A stretch of DNA of 64,000 nt from an uncultured delta proteobacterium (GTDB lineage Bacteria; Myxococcota_A; Polyangia; Fen-1088), in NCBI GenBank assembly GCA_963796685.1, contig CAWCMR010000006.1, forward strand, positions 64,001 through 128,000, read 5' to 3'. A model generated the notes under the pieces. It did not search any database. It was not told the DNA's origin and saw nothing but the letters and a program-made list of their open reading frames with translations. Every line of letters begins with the position of its first letter. Position 1 is the stretch's first letter. Shown here in pieces: positions 9,812 to 20,971 of the stretch. The position numbers were made by a program, and so were the translations under genes.

Positions 9812-10154
9812 GATGTCTTGTGAATCCCCGCGCGAACCCCCGAGGGCATATACCCGAGGTCGAGGGTCGCGGCCGAGTGTCATGGGTAAGATGGACCCAC
9901 GCATACACCAATCCGCGGCCGGCCGAAACGGCTATGGCCCTGGCACTGCCGATTCTCGACCAGATTCGGCGGCATTTGGTCACGACCACGCGATGAACAG
10001 TGGCGCCCTCGGTACCGTGGCGAGGGCACCACAGTGGCGTGTGCGCAGGCGAACACACCTGCACCGCCTGGCAAGGCCTCCCGGCGAGAACCTGTGGAAG
10101 ATTCCACACTGTCTCGGCCAGGCGCGGGCACGGAACGTGCTAATTGGGAAAGCC

Positions 10155-11415
10155 ATGCGTGCTCGGGTCGTGCGTTTCCTGGTGGCCGTGCGTCGACGAA
10201 TCCGTGGCACGCCGCGGATTCGGACCCTTCGGGTCAGGGCCTTGGTGGTCGGCGGGCTCTACCTCTCGCTCGTCTCGACCGGGTGCGTTTCGAACGAGTA
10301 CGTCATTCCGCGGGCCGAGCTGAATCGTTTGTCGCGCCTGCCACCCAGCCAGCGCGGAGCGCGCGTGCAGGTGGTGCAGAGCCTCGGCTCGCGCTGGGAT
10401 TCGGCCGTCGACAATGGCGATCCCGTGTCCGAGCAAGTCTACGCCGACGAGTTCGTGGACTATGACCGACCCGGAACCGCGGGCAATGGCGAGGTCGATG
10501 CACGCGTGGATATTGCCCTGCAACTCGACGGCTGGGTGCACGGGCGTGGGGACGCTCCGCGCGGTGCTGGCGGTCGGGGCTTGAGCGGCTGGCGGGCACG
10601 GCCTCAGGCGCCGCCAGGCGACACGCGGCGGGGCCCGCGCGAGGGAGGCGGCAATTGGAACCTCGGCAACATTGGTGGCGGCGGGGGCGGCGGTGGCGGC
10701 GACGACCTGGCGGTCTTCGCGATCGTCGTGGTGGCGGTGGCGCTCATGGCCGCGGCGGGCCTGGCGGTGACCGAAGGGATTCGCTACGACGGTTTCGTGC
10801 AGCTTCATCCCGAGCAGCCCGTTCACCTGAAGGATTCCGGCGGGCGGCGAGCGCACCATCCCCTTGGCCGCGCTCACGCCCGCCGACGTCGCCTCCAGCA
10901 AGGAAGCCTTGGTCAAGGACGACGAAACCTTCGGCTTTCGCTTCGACCATCGCCGCGCCCTGGATCGCAAGGGCTTGGCCTTCAAGGTCGACTTCGGCTC
11001 GCTCGATTCGCTGTGTACGTGCTACTCGGCGGCGGGCTTGGCCTCGAACATCCAATTCGGCTATTTCCCCCATCACCGTTTTGGTCTTCTTGGCACCTTG
11101 ACCCTGGGCGGTGGCAAGAACGACCTCGACCAAACCTTCCAGCGCCACTCGGCCAACCTCGAGGCGCAGTTCTTCCCCCTGGAATGGTGGCACTTTCACC
11201 TGGGTGGCTTCGGCCACGGCGGCGTGCAAGTGGCGCGCGACGAGCTCGGCACACGGACGGGGCAGGCCTGGGGCGGCGGCGCGATTCTGGAATTCTCCCT
11301 CACCACGCGCCTGGCCCTGACCGGCCGCGTGGACTACACCATTGCCCGCACCGCGCCCGACGGCCAATCATGGGCGCAAATGACGACGTTCACGGGCGGA
11401 CTGGCGATTTACTAG
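10155..11415 (+). CDS. Hypothetical exported protein with C-terminal beta-barrel-like domain; +1 frameshift near 10845
   Basis: STGC lipobox-like segment, Gly tract, TM segment; second frame (10864-11415) has alternating beta-strand pattern ending in aromatic Y. Confidence 0.6.
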
Positions 11416-13374
11416 TGGCTGCTCCGCATCTTGCGCATGATGACCACAATGAAGATGATCCCGAGCAGTAGGAGGAAAAGCCACCAGGGCACATGCGTTC
11501 CCGGCGGAATCGGACTCGGGGGATTGCCTTCGTTCGCCGACAGGGTCGTCACGACGTTGACCGAGCCGCCGTTGGGAACGCCGATCTTGTAGAAATCGCG
11601 GCCGATCTTGGTGAGGCCCGCTCCTTCGAGGCCGTGACTCCAGCCGGTCAACGCGCCGTCGTGGGAGACAAAGTAGCCGAAGGAGGGCATGGCCGCGAGA
11701 CGCTTGATGGTCTTCCCGCCCGAGGTGATGACCTTTCCCGTGTCGTACCAGGCGTAGACCATGTAGGTGGGCATGATCTTTTCGACGTCGCCTATGGACA
11801 GCTCGCCGCTCGCGAGCATGCGCTTGATGACCTCGGCCTTGTCTTTGCCGACGACGCACGACTTGCAGCTCCAGGCGGGATAGGCGTTTGGCCAGCGCCG
11901 GGTCGATCGCGCTGCAACCTTCGCCACCTTGTCCTCCGTCCTTGACCTCGCTGGGCATGTTGCGCGTCTTGATGTACAGGTACACGTCGCGGCGGGGTGT
12001 CACCGCCGCAGCCAATCCGCCGATGTCCACGCGCGATACGCGTTTGAATTCGGATGCGGGTACAAAGTCGTGGTTGCGATAGGCGCTGGCCGTCGAGAAG
12101 TAGAGCGATCCGCCGGTTCCTCCAGCGGTTGTCAGATCCACGAGCACGCACTGATGTTCGTTGCGCGTCGGCGTGATGCCGCTGCACCCGGCCGGTCTTG
12201 GGGTCGTGTTGTACAGGCACGCGTCCGGCATCCCGACGGTCCAATCGCAGGTCAGGTCGAACTGGGTGTTGTTGAAGGCCGTCCCCGATCCGGTGGCGGC
12301 GCTGCACCCTGGGATCGCCCGCCACGAGGGAGAGTCGAACAGTGTAGTACCCCAGTCGGCCAATCTGAATCCCGCTTGGATGGCGGCTCCGCCCAAATCA
12401 CCACCGGTGTGGTTCCATGGACGCGCGTTGAAGTGGTTCTGTCGCGTAAGGGAGATTTGGTGCGGATCGTCTCCAGCAGCGGGGGGGATTTTGGAAACGT
12501 CGATACCATCCGATTCGAGGTCGATACCCTTGGTGCAGGTCGGATCCGAGGTGTCGAGCCCGACCTGCTGCCAGGTCGAGGTCGCCGGGAAGAAGGGGGT
12601 CGGGATGGCGTTCTCATCGGCCACATCGGCCAGGCCCTCGGGCATTTGATAGCTGGCTTGCAACGGATCGGTCACGCTAGTGGTGTTGGCCTTGATCTCG
12701 TAATAGAAGCGGAACTTGGTGCCCACGTTGAGCCCGGGCCCGGAGAAGGGATCGTCGAAAGAGCCCGCGGCGTCGATGGGAATGCGCAAGCGGATGGCCC
12801 AGGCATCGCAGACCGCGCCGGCGCAATCCACATCCACGCGCGCGTCGGTCTGAATCCAGGCGGGGAAGTCGGGTATGGCGGTGACCGCGGCCCAGGCAGG
12901 GGTGGCGGAACCGCCGTTCCAATAGAAGCTCTTGCCTTGCAGATTGCCGGGGAACGCGCCGTTGCTGATGGCCGTACCGACCACCCTCTTGATGCGAAAC
13001 ACATTGCCGGTGGAGGTCGAAGGGACACCGGTGTCATTGAAGAACCCCACGTAGAACATGTCGTTGGCGGTCGCGTCTGGATCGGCACGCACCTCCCAAG
13101 ACATGACCAGGTACTTCTTGCCGCCGGAGTTGTCGATGACGATGCGGAAGCGCGCGTAGTCGCCGGTATGGTCGAAGCTGGCGGCACCCCGCCAGCGCGG
13201 ATCGTCGAGGGGCGCAGGGCTGGTCCACCAGTCCGGGGCTCCCATGGTTCCGGGCACGCCACCCGAGGGCGGAAAACAATACAAGGTTGGGGCCGCCGAC
13301 ACGGACCTTGAACTGGACAACAGCGCCAGCGAGGCAACGACAAGAGGCAAGCTTCTACCTTTAAGAACTCCCAT
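11412..13374 (-). CDS. Hypothetical secreted, C-terminally membrane-anchored protein; +1 frameshift near 11868
   Basis: Signal peptide; Trp/Cys-rich beta domains; frame 11412-11927 supplies a Pro-rich stalk, TM (WWLFLLLLGIIFIVVIM) and basic tail. Confidence 0.65.
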
Positions 13375-13417
13375 CGTGAGAACTCCTTTTCAAGAATGAG
13401 TGGTTGGGACAGCGGAG

Positions 13418-15685
13418 CTACTGGGGAAGGACCGCGATGTAAACGTTCACTTCTGGGCTTGTACCGGCGGTGACGGTGCTCGCGGGCACTGGACTTGGTA
13501 GCGGATTGCCCCAGGTCTGTGTGAAATAGCGATCGGCCACGGTGGCTGTGCCATGACCAAGTGCCGTGGCGTTCGCGTTCACCGCTATCATCAGCCAGTA
13601 GGTGCCCGGAGCGAGCATCACAGGGGTGGGGGGGCTCGTCACCGCAAATTCATTTCGGCCGGAGTTCGCAGTGCTGAGGGTTCTGTCGACCGAAGCTGCC
13701 AGCAGGGTGTCGGGATTCGAAGTCGTGGCATTGTCGGTGTACAGGGCAAAGGTTGCATGACGATCGGTCGTCGTGCCCTTGAAGATCACGCCGAACCGCT
13801 CGAGCGTCACGGTCGTCGTAATGGAGATGGTCCAACCGACCATGACGCTGGCGTTTTGATTTCCTTGCATTCCCTGATCGCCGTACGAGCCGACGAATTG
13901 CTCGCCCGCGCACGCGGCCGCGGGATAGGTCCCGGCGCAGACGAGGGTGCCGCCGCCAGCGCACGACACGGTCGTGGATTGCTGACAGCCATTGTTGTCC
14001 GCACACTTGATCAGGGTCGTGCCTGAACAGTAGCTGCCATTCATCTGGTTGGCGGCGGAGCACTCGGGGACGCTCGGACAGGTGCAAGTCGCACTGCCTT
14101 GCGCCCCTTGACAGGTTTGGAGGCTGGTGCAGCCAACGGTCTTGGTGGCGACCTGGCAGCCGCTGACCGGATCAATCGCGCAGGTCACCAGTCGCCCTTG
14201 CGAATCGCACGCGGTGCCCTGAACGAAGGTGCCGCCATTCATGCACGCAGCGGGTGGTGCCGGACAAGTGCAGGTGGCGCCACCGCTGGTGGCCGCGGCG
14301 CATGGCTTTCCGACCGGACAGGTCGTGGTCACGGACTGCGGGCAGCCGTTGGCGTCGGCGGAACAGGTGACGACGTCGTTGCTCGAACAGTACGCTCCGC
14401 TCGTTGGGTTGGGCGAGGCGCACGCGGCGACTGCGGGACAGGTGCAGTCGGCGTTGCCGGCTGTTCCTCCGCAGGGCTTGCCAGCGGGGCAGGTCTTGTT
14501 TGGCGCGGAGACGAGACAACCCTGCCCGTCGTGCGAGCAGGTCACGACGGACGTGGCGCCATCGCAGGAGGTTCCGGTGGTGTTGGCGCAAATCGCGGGC
14601 GCGGGCGGGCAACTGCAGTTGGCGGACGGGAAGGTCCCGGTGCAGGGTTTCTGGGCCGGACAAATGGTGGCGGCACCGAGATACACGCAGCCGTCCGTGT
14701 CTTGCAGACAGGTCTGCAGGGAGCCGTCCGTGGTCGAGCAGAAGGAGCCCGTTCCGCCTGAACAGCCAGCAGGCGGTGTCGGGCAGGAGCAGGTTGCGCC
14801 GGAGGCATCGGTGGCACATGAACGGCGCCCGGTGCACGGCGCTTCCGGGCCCCAGCCCGCGCAGCCGTTGACGAGCGTGCAGGTCTGCAACCCGCCGGCG
14901 CTTCCGCAACGCTTGAGGCCGAGGGTGCAACTCGGGGTGCAGGAAGCATTCGAGTCCAGCGCCGTGTCGGCGGGCGCGTCCGCCGCCGGTGTATCCAGAG
15001 CAAGGTCAGTCGGTCCATCCTTTCCGACGGCGTCGGTCGCAGCATCGACCAAGCGCCCCGACTCCAGCGGGACATCCGGCGCCGAGCCAGCATCCGTATC
15101 CAGCCCCGCATCGAAACCGGGTGAAGTCGCCTCCGTCACCAGCGCATCCATGGGTTCGGCTGATCCATCGGGCGCGGCCGCGGCGGCATCGGGTGGTGTC
15201 GGCGGACGATTGGGAACGTAGGTTGGAAGGCTCTTGGGGTCGACTTGAATGGGCTGGGTGCAGGCGCCGTTCGAGCAGGTCAGGCCCGACCCGCAGGTCG
15301 TCACCCCGATGCAAGCGCGACCAAGGAACAACGTAAGCTCGCGGGCCTGGCTTGGGAGAAAGGCCGTGTACGCGTCCTGCCACACGACCGGCGTGGCGCC
15401 GAGCTCCGCCGTGGCGCGGACATCGAAGGCCTCGTCTTTCGCGCCCAGTGGAACCAACGCCAGTTGCACGGGCAATTGCGTCTTCGTGACCAACTTGAAG
15501 TCGAAGGGGTGCGTCCCACCCGACCCCTTGATGTCGAGATGGATGCCGTCGATTTCCGTCGGGATGGCGAGGTCGCTCCACACCGTGACCACGAGCTTGG
15601 TCGAATCCTGCGACTGACAAGCGCCGAGCAGCGCGACCGACGCGACCGACGCGACCGAGACGAAGGCCAGGCTTGTCCGCCGCAT
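13418..15685 (-). CDS. Cys-rich repeat lipoprotein with C-terminal beta-sandwich (DUF4082-like) domain
   Basis: Lipobox LGAC; about six Cys-rich repeats (C..G..C...CxC); C-terminal ATFALYTD...LAPGTYWL. Confidence 0.7.
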   Translation of the reverse strand: MRRTSLAFVSVASVASVALLGACQSQDSTKLVVTVWSDLAIPTEIDGIHLDIKGSGGTHPFDFKLVTKTQLPVQLALVPLGAKDEAFDVRATAELGATPVVWQDAYTAFLPSQARELTLFLGRACIGVTTCGSGLTCSNGACTQPIQVDPKSLPTYVPNRPPTPPDAAAAAPDGSAEPMDALVTEATSPGFDAGLDTDAGSAPDVPLESGRLVDAATDAVGKDGPTDLALDTPAADAPADTALDSNASCTPSCTLGLKRCGSAGGLQTCTLVNGCAGWGPEAPCTGRRSCATDASGATCSCPTPPAGCSGGTGSFCSTTDGSLQTCLQDTDGCVYLGAATICPAQKPCTGTFPSANCSCPPAPAICANTTGTSCDGATSVVTCSHDGQGCLVSAPNKTCPAGKPCGGTAGNADCTCPAVAACASPNPTSGAYCSSNDVVTCSADANGCPQSVTTTCPVGKPCAAATSGGATCTCPAPPAACMNGGTFVQGTACDSQGRLVTCAIDPVSGCQVATKTVGCTSLQTCQGAQGSATCTCPSVPECSAANQMNGSYCSGTTLIKCADNNGCQQSTTVSCAGGGTLVCAGTYPAAACAGEQFVGSYGDQGMQGNQNASVMVGWTISITTTVTLERFGVIFKGTTTDRHATFALYTDNATTSNPDTLLAASVDRTLSTANSGRNEFAVTSPPTPVMLAPGTYWLMIAVNANATALGHGTATVADRYFTQTWGNPLPSPVPASTVTAGTSPEVNVYIAVLPQ

Positions 15686-15687
15686 GG

Positions 15688-16410
15688 CTATTGGATCCCG
15701 ACGCAGGTCAGGGGTTCACCCGAGCAGCCGTTCTTGGTCCCTCGCCCCACGACAAAGGCCGTGACCGTTCCGGCTACCACGGCGCCCCCGACGGCGGTCC
15801 AAAACCACCAAGCCTTGTAGAAAGGTCGGCCCACTTCTCGAAGTGTGGTGTCGGGGGTACTTTGCGCCGCCAGGCCAGCGTTCGCCGGGACGGGCGGCTG
15901 CAAGGCCGGGTTTGGGGCGGCTGCGACCGGTGGTGGGGGCGCGGCTGGTGGAGCCGCGACCGCGGTGCTGGTCGGCGAAGCGATGGGTGTCGGTGCTTTC
16001 GCTGGCTCGGGATGGGCGCCTTTGTCTTCGTCCTGCTGGCGCTTGAGGTCGGCGATGTGCCTCTCGGCCATGTCCCGATTGGGGGCATCGGTTCCCGAGG
16101 TACGCAGGAACGCGCGGTAGGCGTTGATGGCCTTGTCGGGTTTTCTGCCCAAGCGATAGCTCTGGGCGATGTCGAACAGCAAGATCGGATCGGGCACCAG
16201 GCGATACGCTTCCTCGTAGTGCTGGGCCGCTTCGTCGAAGTGGCCCAGGTTGTACGCGGTGGTCGCCTGCTTGACTTGCTCGCGTGCCAAGTTCTCCTGG
16301 GTCCCAGCCAGGGCGCCGGCTCCGGGGTCACAGACCAACGCGAGCGCTGTCGCGCCTGAGACCAGCCATGCCTTCCACATGCGCGGAATGATAACCGCTT
16401 TTGCGGACAA
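15688..16410 (-). CDS. TPR-containing membrane protein of myxobacterial type
   Basis: AYNLGHFDEAAQHYEEAY...LLFDIAQSYR TPRs, Pro-rich linker, PFYKAWWFWTAVG TM. Confidence 0.8.
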   Translation of the reverse strand: MSAKAVIIPRMWKAWLVSGATALALVCDPGAGALAGTQENLAREQVKQATTAYNLGHFDEAAQHYEEAYRLVPDPILLFDIAQSYRLGRKPDKAINAYRAFLRTSGTDAPNRDMAERHIADLKRQQDEDKGAHPEPAKAPTPIASPTSTAVAAPPAAPPPPVAAAPNPALQPPVPANAGLAAQSTPDTTLREVGRPFYKAWWFWTAVGGAVVAGTVTAFVVGRGTKNGCSGEPLTCVGIQ

Positions 16411-16590
16411 AACTAGTCTGCATTCATGGCGACGACGGGCCTCTTGCCGTCCCTAGAACAGGGACGACCGAACCCTGACCTGAAACCTGCGCCCAGGGAG
16501 GGTCTCCCAATACCGGCGGACTGGTTTCGTCCTCGGCGGACGGGTATGGTTGGTCCACGCGTAGGCGGACTGCCATCAAGGGACTTGGCC

Positions 16591-17952
16591 ATGTCATCGA
16601 ACACGGAGGACCGGCAGAATCAACAGGGCGGCGAAAGCGAGACCATGTCGCTCGAGGCCGCCCTATCGCTGGGCGTGGAAAACCAGCGCGAGGGGCGCCT
16701 CAAGGAGGCCGCATACATCTACCTGCAGATTCTGGCCGTCGTTCCCGACAACGTGGACGCCTTGCACTTGCTGGGCGTGGCCGAGCACCAGGCGGGACGT
16801 TCGGAATCGGCGCTGAAGTTGATCGGTCGCGCGCTCGCGCTGGCTCCCGAGCACGCCGACGCCCTCGGCAATCGCGGAAACGTGTTTCAGAGCCTGCGCC
16901 GCCTAGACGAGGCCGAGGCCGACTACCGCCGGGCGCTCGACCTTCGTCCCGACGATGCCAACACGCTCAGCAATCTCGGAACCGTGCTGCGGGCGCGCGG
17001 CGACCTGGAGGGTGCGGTGGCCATGTTTCGCACGGTCCTCGCGCGCAAGCCGGATCATGCGCCGGCTTGGCAGAACCTCGGCGGCACGCTCCAGGCGCTG
17101 GAACGCGGGCCGGAGGCGGTCGACGCGTTTCGCGAGGCCGCGCGCTTGGCGCCGGGCTCGGCGGACATGTTCCGCGACCTAGGCGGTGCGCTCTATGCGG
17201 AGGGGCGCACGCGGGAAGCCGCCGAGATGTATCGCAGGTGTCTCGTGCTGGCACCCGACGATGCGCGCGCCCGGCACCTGCTCGCCGCGTGCAGCGGGGA
17301 ACCTGCGCCGATCCGCGCCTCGGACGATTACGTGCGCGCCGAGTTCGATCACTACGCTCCCACCTTCGACACCAGCCTGGCCCGGCTGGAGTATCGCGGG
17401 CCCGAGCTGATCGCCCGGGCCGTCGAGGAGATCGCCGGCGTATTGCCGCCCAAGCCGGTCGTCGTCGACGCCGGGTGTGGCACCGGACTGTGCGGGCCGC
17501 TCGTGCGCCCGCGCGCCGGCGTTCTGGTGGGGGTCGACCTGTCGGCGGCCATGGTGGCTCTGGCGCGCGAGCGCGGCGTCTACGACGAGCTCGTGGTCGG
17601 CGAATTGACCGGCTATCTGCGCGGGCACGCGCGAGGCTGCGACCTCGTCATCGCCGCGGATACGTTGGTCTACTTCGGCGACCTCGCGGAGGTCCTCGCG
17701 GCGGCGGCGGGGGCGTTGCGTCCGGGAGGCGCATTGGTTTTCACTCTCGAGCGCGCGCAGCCGAGCGATGCCCCGGCCGGCCATCGGCTCAATCCCCACG
17801 GCCGCTACAGCCACACCCGCGACTACGTGGCCGGGCTGCTTGCCGATACCGGCCTTGTCGAGCCCGCGATTCGGGAGATATCGTCGCGCAAGGAATCGAA
17901 GCAGTGGGTCCCGGGCTGGCTCGTGCGCGCGCGCCGCCCACCTACGCCGTGA
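16591..17952 (+). CDS. TPR-repeat SAM-dependent methyltransferase (COG4976-like)
   Basis: Multiple TPRs, then YVRAEFDHYA, DAGCGTGLCG, GVDLS, ADTLVYFGDL, GRYSH. Confidence 0.88.
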   Translation: MSSNTEDRQNQQGGESETMSLEAALSLGVENQREGRLKEAAYIYLQILAVVPDNVDALHLLGVAEHQAGRSESALKLIGRALALAPEHADALGNRGNVFQSLRRLDEAEADYRRALDLRPDDANTLSNLGTVLRARGDLEGAVAMFRTVLARKPDHAPAWQNLGGTLQALERGPEAVDAFREAARLAPGSADMFRDLGGALYAEGRTREAAEMYRRCLVLAPDDARARHLLAACSGEPAPIRASDDYVRAEFDHYAPTFDTSLARLEYRGPELIARAVEEIAGVLPPKPVVVDAGCGTGLCGPLVRPRAGVLVGVDLSAAMVALARERGVYDELVVGELTGYLRGHARGCDLVIAADTLVYFGDLAEVLAAAAGALRPGGALVFTLERAQPSDAPAGHRLNPHGRYSHTRDYVAGLLADTGLVEPAIREISSRKESKQWVPGWLVRARRPPTP

Positions 17953-18105
17953 TTCGCTCTTGGCGCCGCCAGCGGGGATTTTTGGGCTCAGTTGCGAAAC
18001 ACGATCTTGGTGATACACAGGTTGTTCAGCGTGAGGGCACACCAGTCCATCGTGATCTGCTTCTTGGCCCTGGTGATGGGCACTGAGGTCGTTTCCGGTC
18101 AAGGA

Positions 18106-18801
18106 CTACTTGAGGGTGGTGCGGAGCTCCTTGCGAGCGGTGTAGAGCTCCCAGAACTTTTCGGCAACGGTCTTGCCCTCGATGGTTGCGCCCTGGCCAC
18201 GGTCGAAGGGCGTGCCCTTGATCGTCCCGGAAATCATGATCTCGCCGACGTAGATCCCGTCGGCCTCGAGCTTCCTCGCGAGTAGGCCCACCAGCTTGTG
18301 CTTGGCGGCATTGCTGACGCCGAGGCCCATCAACCCATACTGCACCAGCATGCCGTCCACGGTCGGATCGACGAAGCCGGCCCCGCCGTTGGTCACGAGG
18401 AGCGCGCCTTTCTCGCTCTTGAGGTCGGTGAGCGCGGTCTGCACGGCGGCGACGAGCCCGCAGACCGACACGTCGAAGAGCGAGCGAATCTCCTCGGCGC
18501 TCGCCGCGAGGATGTCCGCGGCGACGCTGCCCGAGGTGTACGCGGTCCACTCGATGACCGAGATCGGACCGAGGGCAGCGCGGGCTTTGTCCACGACCTG
18601 GCGAACCGCGGTGGGGTTGCCGAGATCGGCCACGAAGGCCTCAGCCTTCACCCCCTTGGCCTGCAGGGCCTTCACGCCGTCCTCCAGCTTCTTGGCACTG
18701 CGTCCGATGACCGCGACCTGAAACCCTTCGGCGCCGAACTTCTCGGCAACCGCAGCCGAGATGCCGGGACCGTAACCTGCCACGAGGATAGTCTTCTTCA
18801 T
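18106..18801 (-). CDS. Short-chain dehydrogenase/reductase
   Basis: ILVAGYGPGIS Rossmann motif, DL..P, LLVTNGG. Confidence 0.85.
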   Translation of the reverse strand: MKKTILVAGYGPGISAAVAEKFGAEGFQVAVIGRSAKKLEDGVKALQAKGVKAEAFVADLGNPTAVRQVVDKARAALGPISVIEWTAYTSGSVAADILAASAEEIRSLFDVSVCGLVAAVQTALTDLKSEKGALLVTNGGAGFVDPTVDGMLVQYGLMGLGVSNAAKHKLVGLLARKLEADGIYVGEIMISGTIKGTPFDRGQGATIEGKTVAEKFWELYTARKELRTTLK

Positions 18802-18900
18802 GGTCCTTGGATGATTACAGAGTCCGGGGCGTTGCAAACCAGAGTGCTTCACCCGGCCGCTCGCTGAGCGCTCGTCACGCGGTGCTTTCAGAAAAGATGA

Positions 18901-19374
18901 TCATGATGGGTCCTCCATGTTTTCAACAAGGGCCGCCTGAATTGCGGCGATGCCTCCAACGAGCTCTTGGAGTTGTGGAGTGTCGAAGGCGTGGAACCAG
19001 GCGCGCTTGCGGGTGGCAAACACGCCGCGGCATGCCTGTGCGAGGGAAAGTCCTTTCGCTGATACGGAGAGCCAGGCGGAACGACGGTCCTCGGGATGAG
19101 GCGCAACCTCAACGAGGCCCATGTCCACGAGCTTCTTCACCACCTTCGAGACATGGGCGCGCTCTAGCAGGAGCCGATTGGTCACGTCCTTCTGCTGTAC
19201 TCGGCCCGCGTGAAATATCTCGAACAGGACCGAGAACTGCTGGTGGTTAAGCCCATGCGGTGAGAGCAGCCGGTTGCTCTCTCGTTCGATCAAGGCCCCG
19301 ATGTTCATGAGCTTGCCGACCAGCCGAGAGGCCGCCTCTTCCCGCTTCGCTGGGGAGTGTGCGTTTGTTGCCAC
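18901..19374 (-). CDS. MarR-family transcriptional regulator (start uncertain; alternative ATG at 19308)
   Basis: GLNHQQFSVL, VSKVVKKLVDMGLV, EDRRS...LSVSAKG. Confidence 0.88.
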   Translation of the reverse strand: MATNAHSPAKREEAASRLVGKLMNIGALIERESNRLLSPHGLNHQQFSVLFEIFHAGRVQQKDVTNRLLLERAHVSKVVKKLVDMGLVEVAPHPEDRRSAWLSVSAKGLSLAQACRGVFATRKRAWFHAFDTPQLQELVGGIAAIQAALVENMEDPS

Positions 19375-19412
19375 AGCAACAATATGGCATCATGATGTTT
19401 CCGTGGCAACAA
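19365..19412. promoter_or_regulatory. Two tandem palindromic operators, probable MarR autoregulatory sites
   Basis: TTGTTGC-caca-GCAACAA (19365-19382, perfect) and ATGTTTC-cgtg-GCAACAA (19395-19412) at the marR 5' end. Confidence 0.65.
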
Positions 19413-19715
19413 CAAAATTGCGAGGTGCAAGAGCCGTGTGCCCAAGTTGCCTCGGCCACCGCAAGCAGGCGCCACCGGTGTGCATTCCCTGGTCGGCGGC
19501 GGGTCGAGAGGTCAAGCCAGATCTGCGCCATTCGGCAGCACGGTATTGCCCTCCAAGGGCCTCCTCACTCGCCGCGAGCTGGCCGCGCGGCTCGGGCTCC
19601 GAGAATCCGACGAGCTCGACGCCTCGTACATGGGCTTCGGGGTCAAGACCGAGAGCAAGTCATGACCGCCCGAACCAGGTGCTCCTGGGCCAGCCGCAAC
19701 ATCTCTCGTCAAGCG

Positions 19716-20279
19716 CTAGCGCCGCTCCAGGAACCCCTTGCCTTCGAAGATCGCCGGCATTGCCTTTTCGATTCGCGCCACCCGCGTCGCCGGCTGCTTG
19801 GCCGCGGCGAAGTGGTAGAGGTAGCTCCTCTGCCGCCCCGGCGTCAGCGCCTCGAAGGCGCGTTTGAAGCGTGGGTTTCTTCGAAACTGCTCCGTCAGCT
19901 CTTCCGGCACCGGAAAATCCGAGGTCTTCTTCTTCGCCATTCGCAGCCCGGCCTTCTCGACTGCGATGGCCTCGCGCACGTAGTCCTTGATGGTCGCCGC
20001 CTTGGTGGTGATCTCTTTCACGCTGGTGAACTTCATCACCCGCCCGGCGTGGACGCGGCCAAGCTGCACCAGCACCTTCTTGGGATCCTTCAGCAGGGCG
20101 CCCTGGAAGAAACCCAGCCCGAAGTACTCTTTGAAGCCTTGCATGATGACGACGTTCTTCTCACCCACCGTGTAGGTGGGCTTGCCCCACTTACACTCCT
20201 CCTTCATCGCAAGGTCGGCGAGCACTCGCCGCATCTCTGCGATCTCTGCTTTCCACCGCTCTCGATAGGCCATCTCCAT
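19716..20279 (-). CDS. YdeI-like protein (DUF1801 plus OmdA domain)
   Basis: EECKWGKPTY, FFQGALLKDP, AFEALTPGRQRSY, TRVARIEK. Confidence 0.88.
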   Translation of the reverse strand: MEMAYRERWKAEIAEMRRVLADLAMKEECKWGKPTYTVGEKNVVIMQGFKEYFGLGFFQGALLKDPKKVLVQLGRVHAGRVMKFTSVKEITTKAATIKDYVREAIAVEKAGLRMAKKKTSDFPVPEELTEQFRRNPRFKRAFEALTPGRQRSYLYHFAAAKQPATRVARIEKAMPAIFEGKGFLERR

Positions 20280-20312
20280 GCCAGCACCTCTTCCGGTAGC
20301 TTGGTGCCTCGA

Positions 20313-20960
20313 TCAAGGGCTGGTGGGGCGCTCGGGGGCCGCTTGCGGAACGTCCATGAGCCCCTGTTGCACCACGAAGTCGGCCACCGCGGCCACGCCC
20401 ACGCCTTGTCTGATGTTGGTGAACAGGAACGGGCGCTTTCCGCGTTGCACGCGCGCATCGCGGTCCATGACCTCGAGCGAGGCGCCGACGTAGGGGGCGA
20501 GGTCGATCTTGTTGATCACCAGGAGATCCGACTTGGTGATGCCGGGGCCGCCCTTGCGCGGGATCTTGTCCCCGCCGGCCACGTCGATGACGTAGATGGT
20601 GAGGTCTGCCAGCTCGGGGCTGAAGGTGGCGGCCAGGTTGTCGCCGCCGCTTTCCACCAGAATCATATCCAACCCCGGAAAGCGTCGGATGAGGTCGTCG
20701 ATGGCCGAGAGGTTGATGGATGCGTCCTCGCGGATGGCCGTGTGCGGACAGCCGCCGGTCTCCACGCCCACGATGCGCTCCGTGGGCAAGGCGCCGCTCC
20801 TGACGAGGAACTGGGCGTCCTCTTTGGTGTAGATGTCGTTGGTGACGACGGCGATGTTGAAGCGATCGCGCAGGTGTTTGCATAGAGCGTCGACCAGGGC
20901 GGTCTTGCCCGATCCGACCGGGCCTGCGACGCCGACGCGCAAGGGTTGGTGTTCGTTCAC
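20313..20960 (-). CDS. ureG: Urease accessory GTPase UreG
   Basis: [43 protein letters not shown]. Confidence 0.97.
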   Translation of the reverse strand: MNEHQPLRVGVAGPVGSGKTALVDALCKHLRDRFNIAVVTNDIYTKEDAQFLVRSGALPTERIVGVETGGCPHTAIREDASINLSAIDDLIRRFPGLDMILVESGGDNLAATFSPELADLTIYVIDVAGGDKIPRKGGPGITKSDLLVINKIDLAPYVGASLEVMDRDARVQRGKRPFLFTNIRQGVGVAAVADFVVQQGLMDVPQAAPERPTSP

Positions 20961-20971
20961 GACAAGTCTCC

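Noticed and set aside
15632-15662. 9-bp tandem repeat (GCGACCGAC) in the lipoprotein signal peptide
   Set aside because: In-frame unit encoding SVA repeats; cannot phase-vary the reading frame
16428-16480. Two ACGA-loop hairpins resembling a guanidine-II riboswitch
   Set aside because: Stems are only about 2 bp and the downstream gene is unrelated
19560-19665. Possible CYTH-domain C-terminal remnant (LAARLGLRESDELDASY)
   Set aside because: Too short to support without a search; no upstream domain visible
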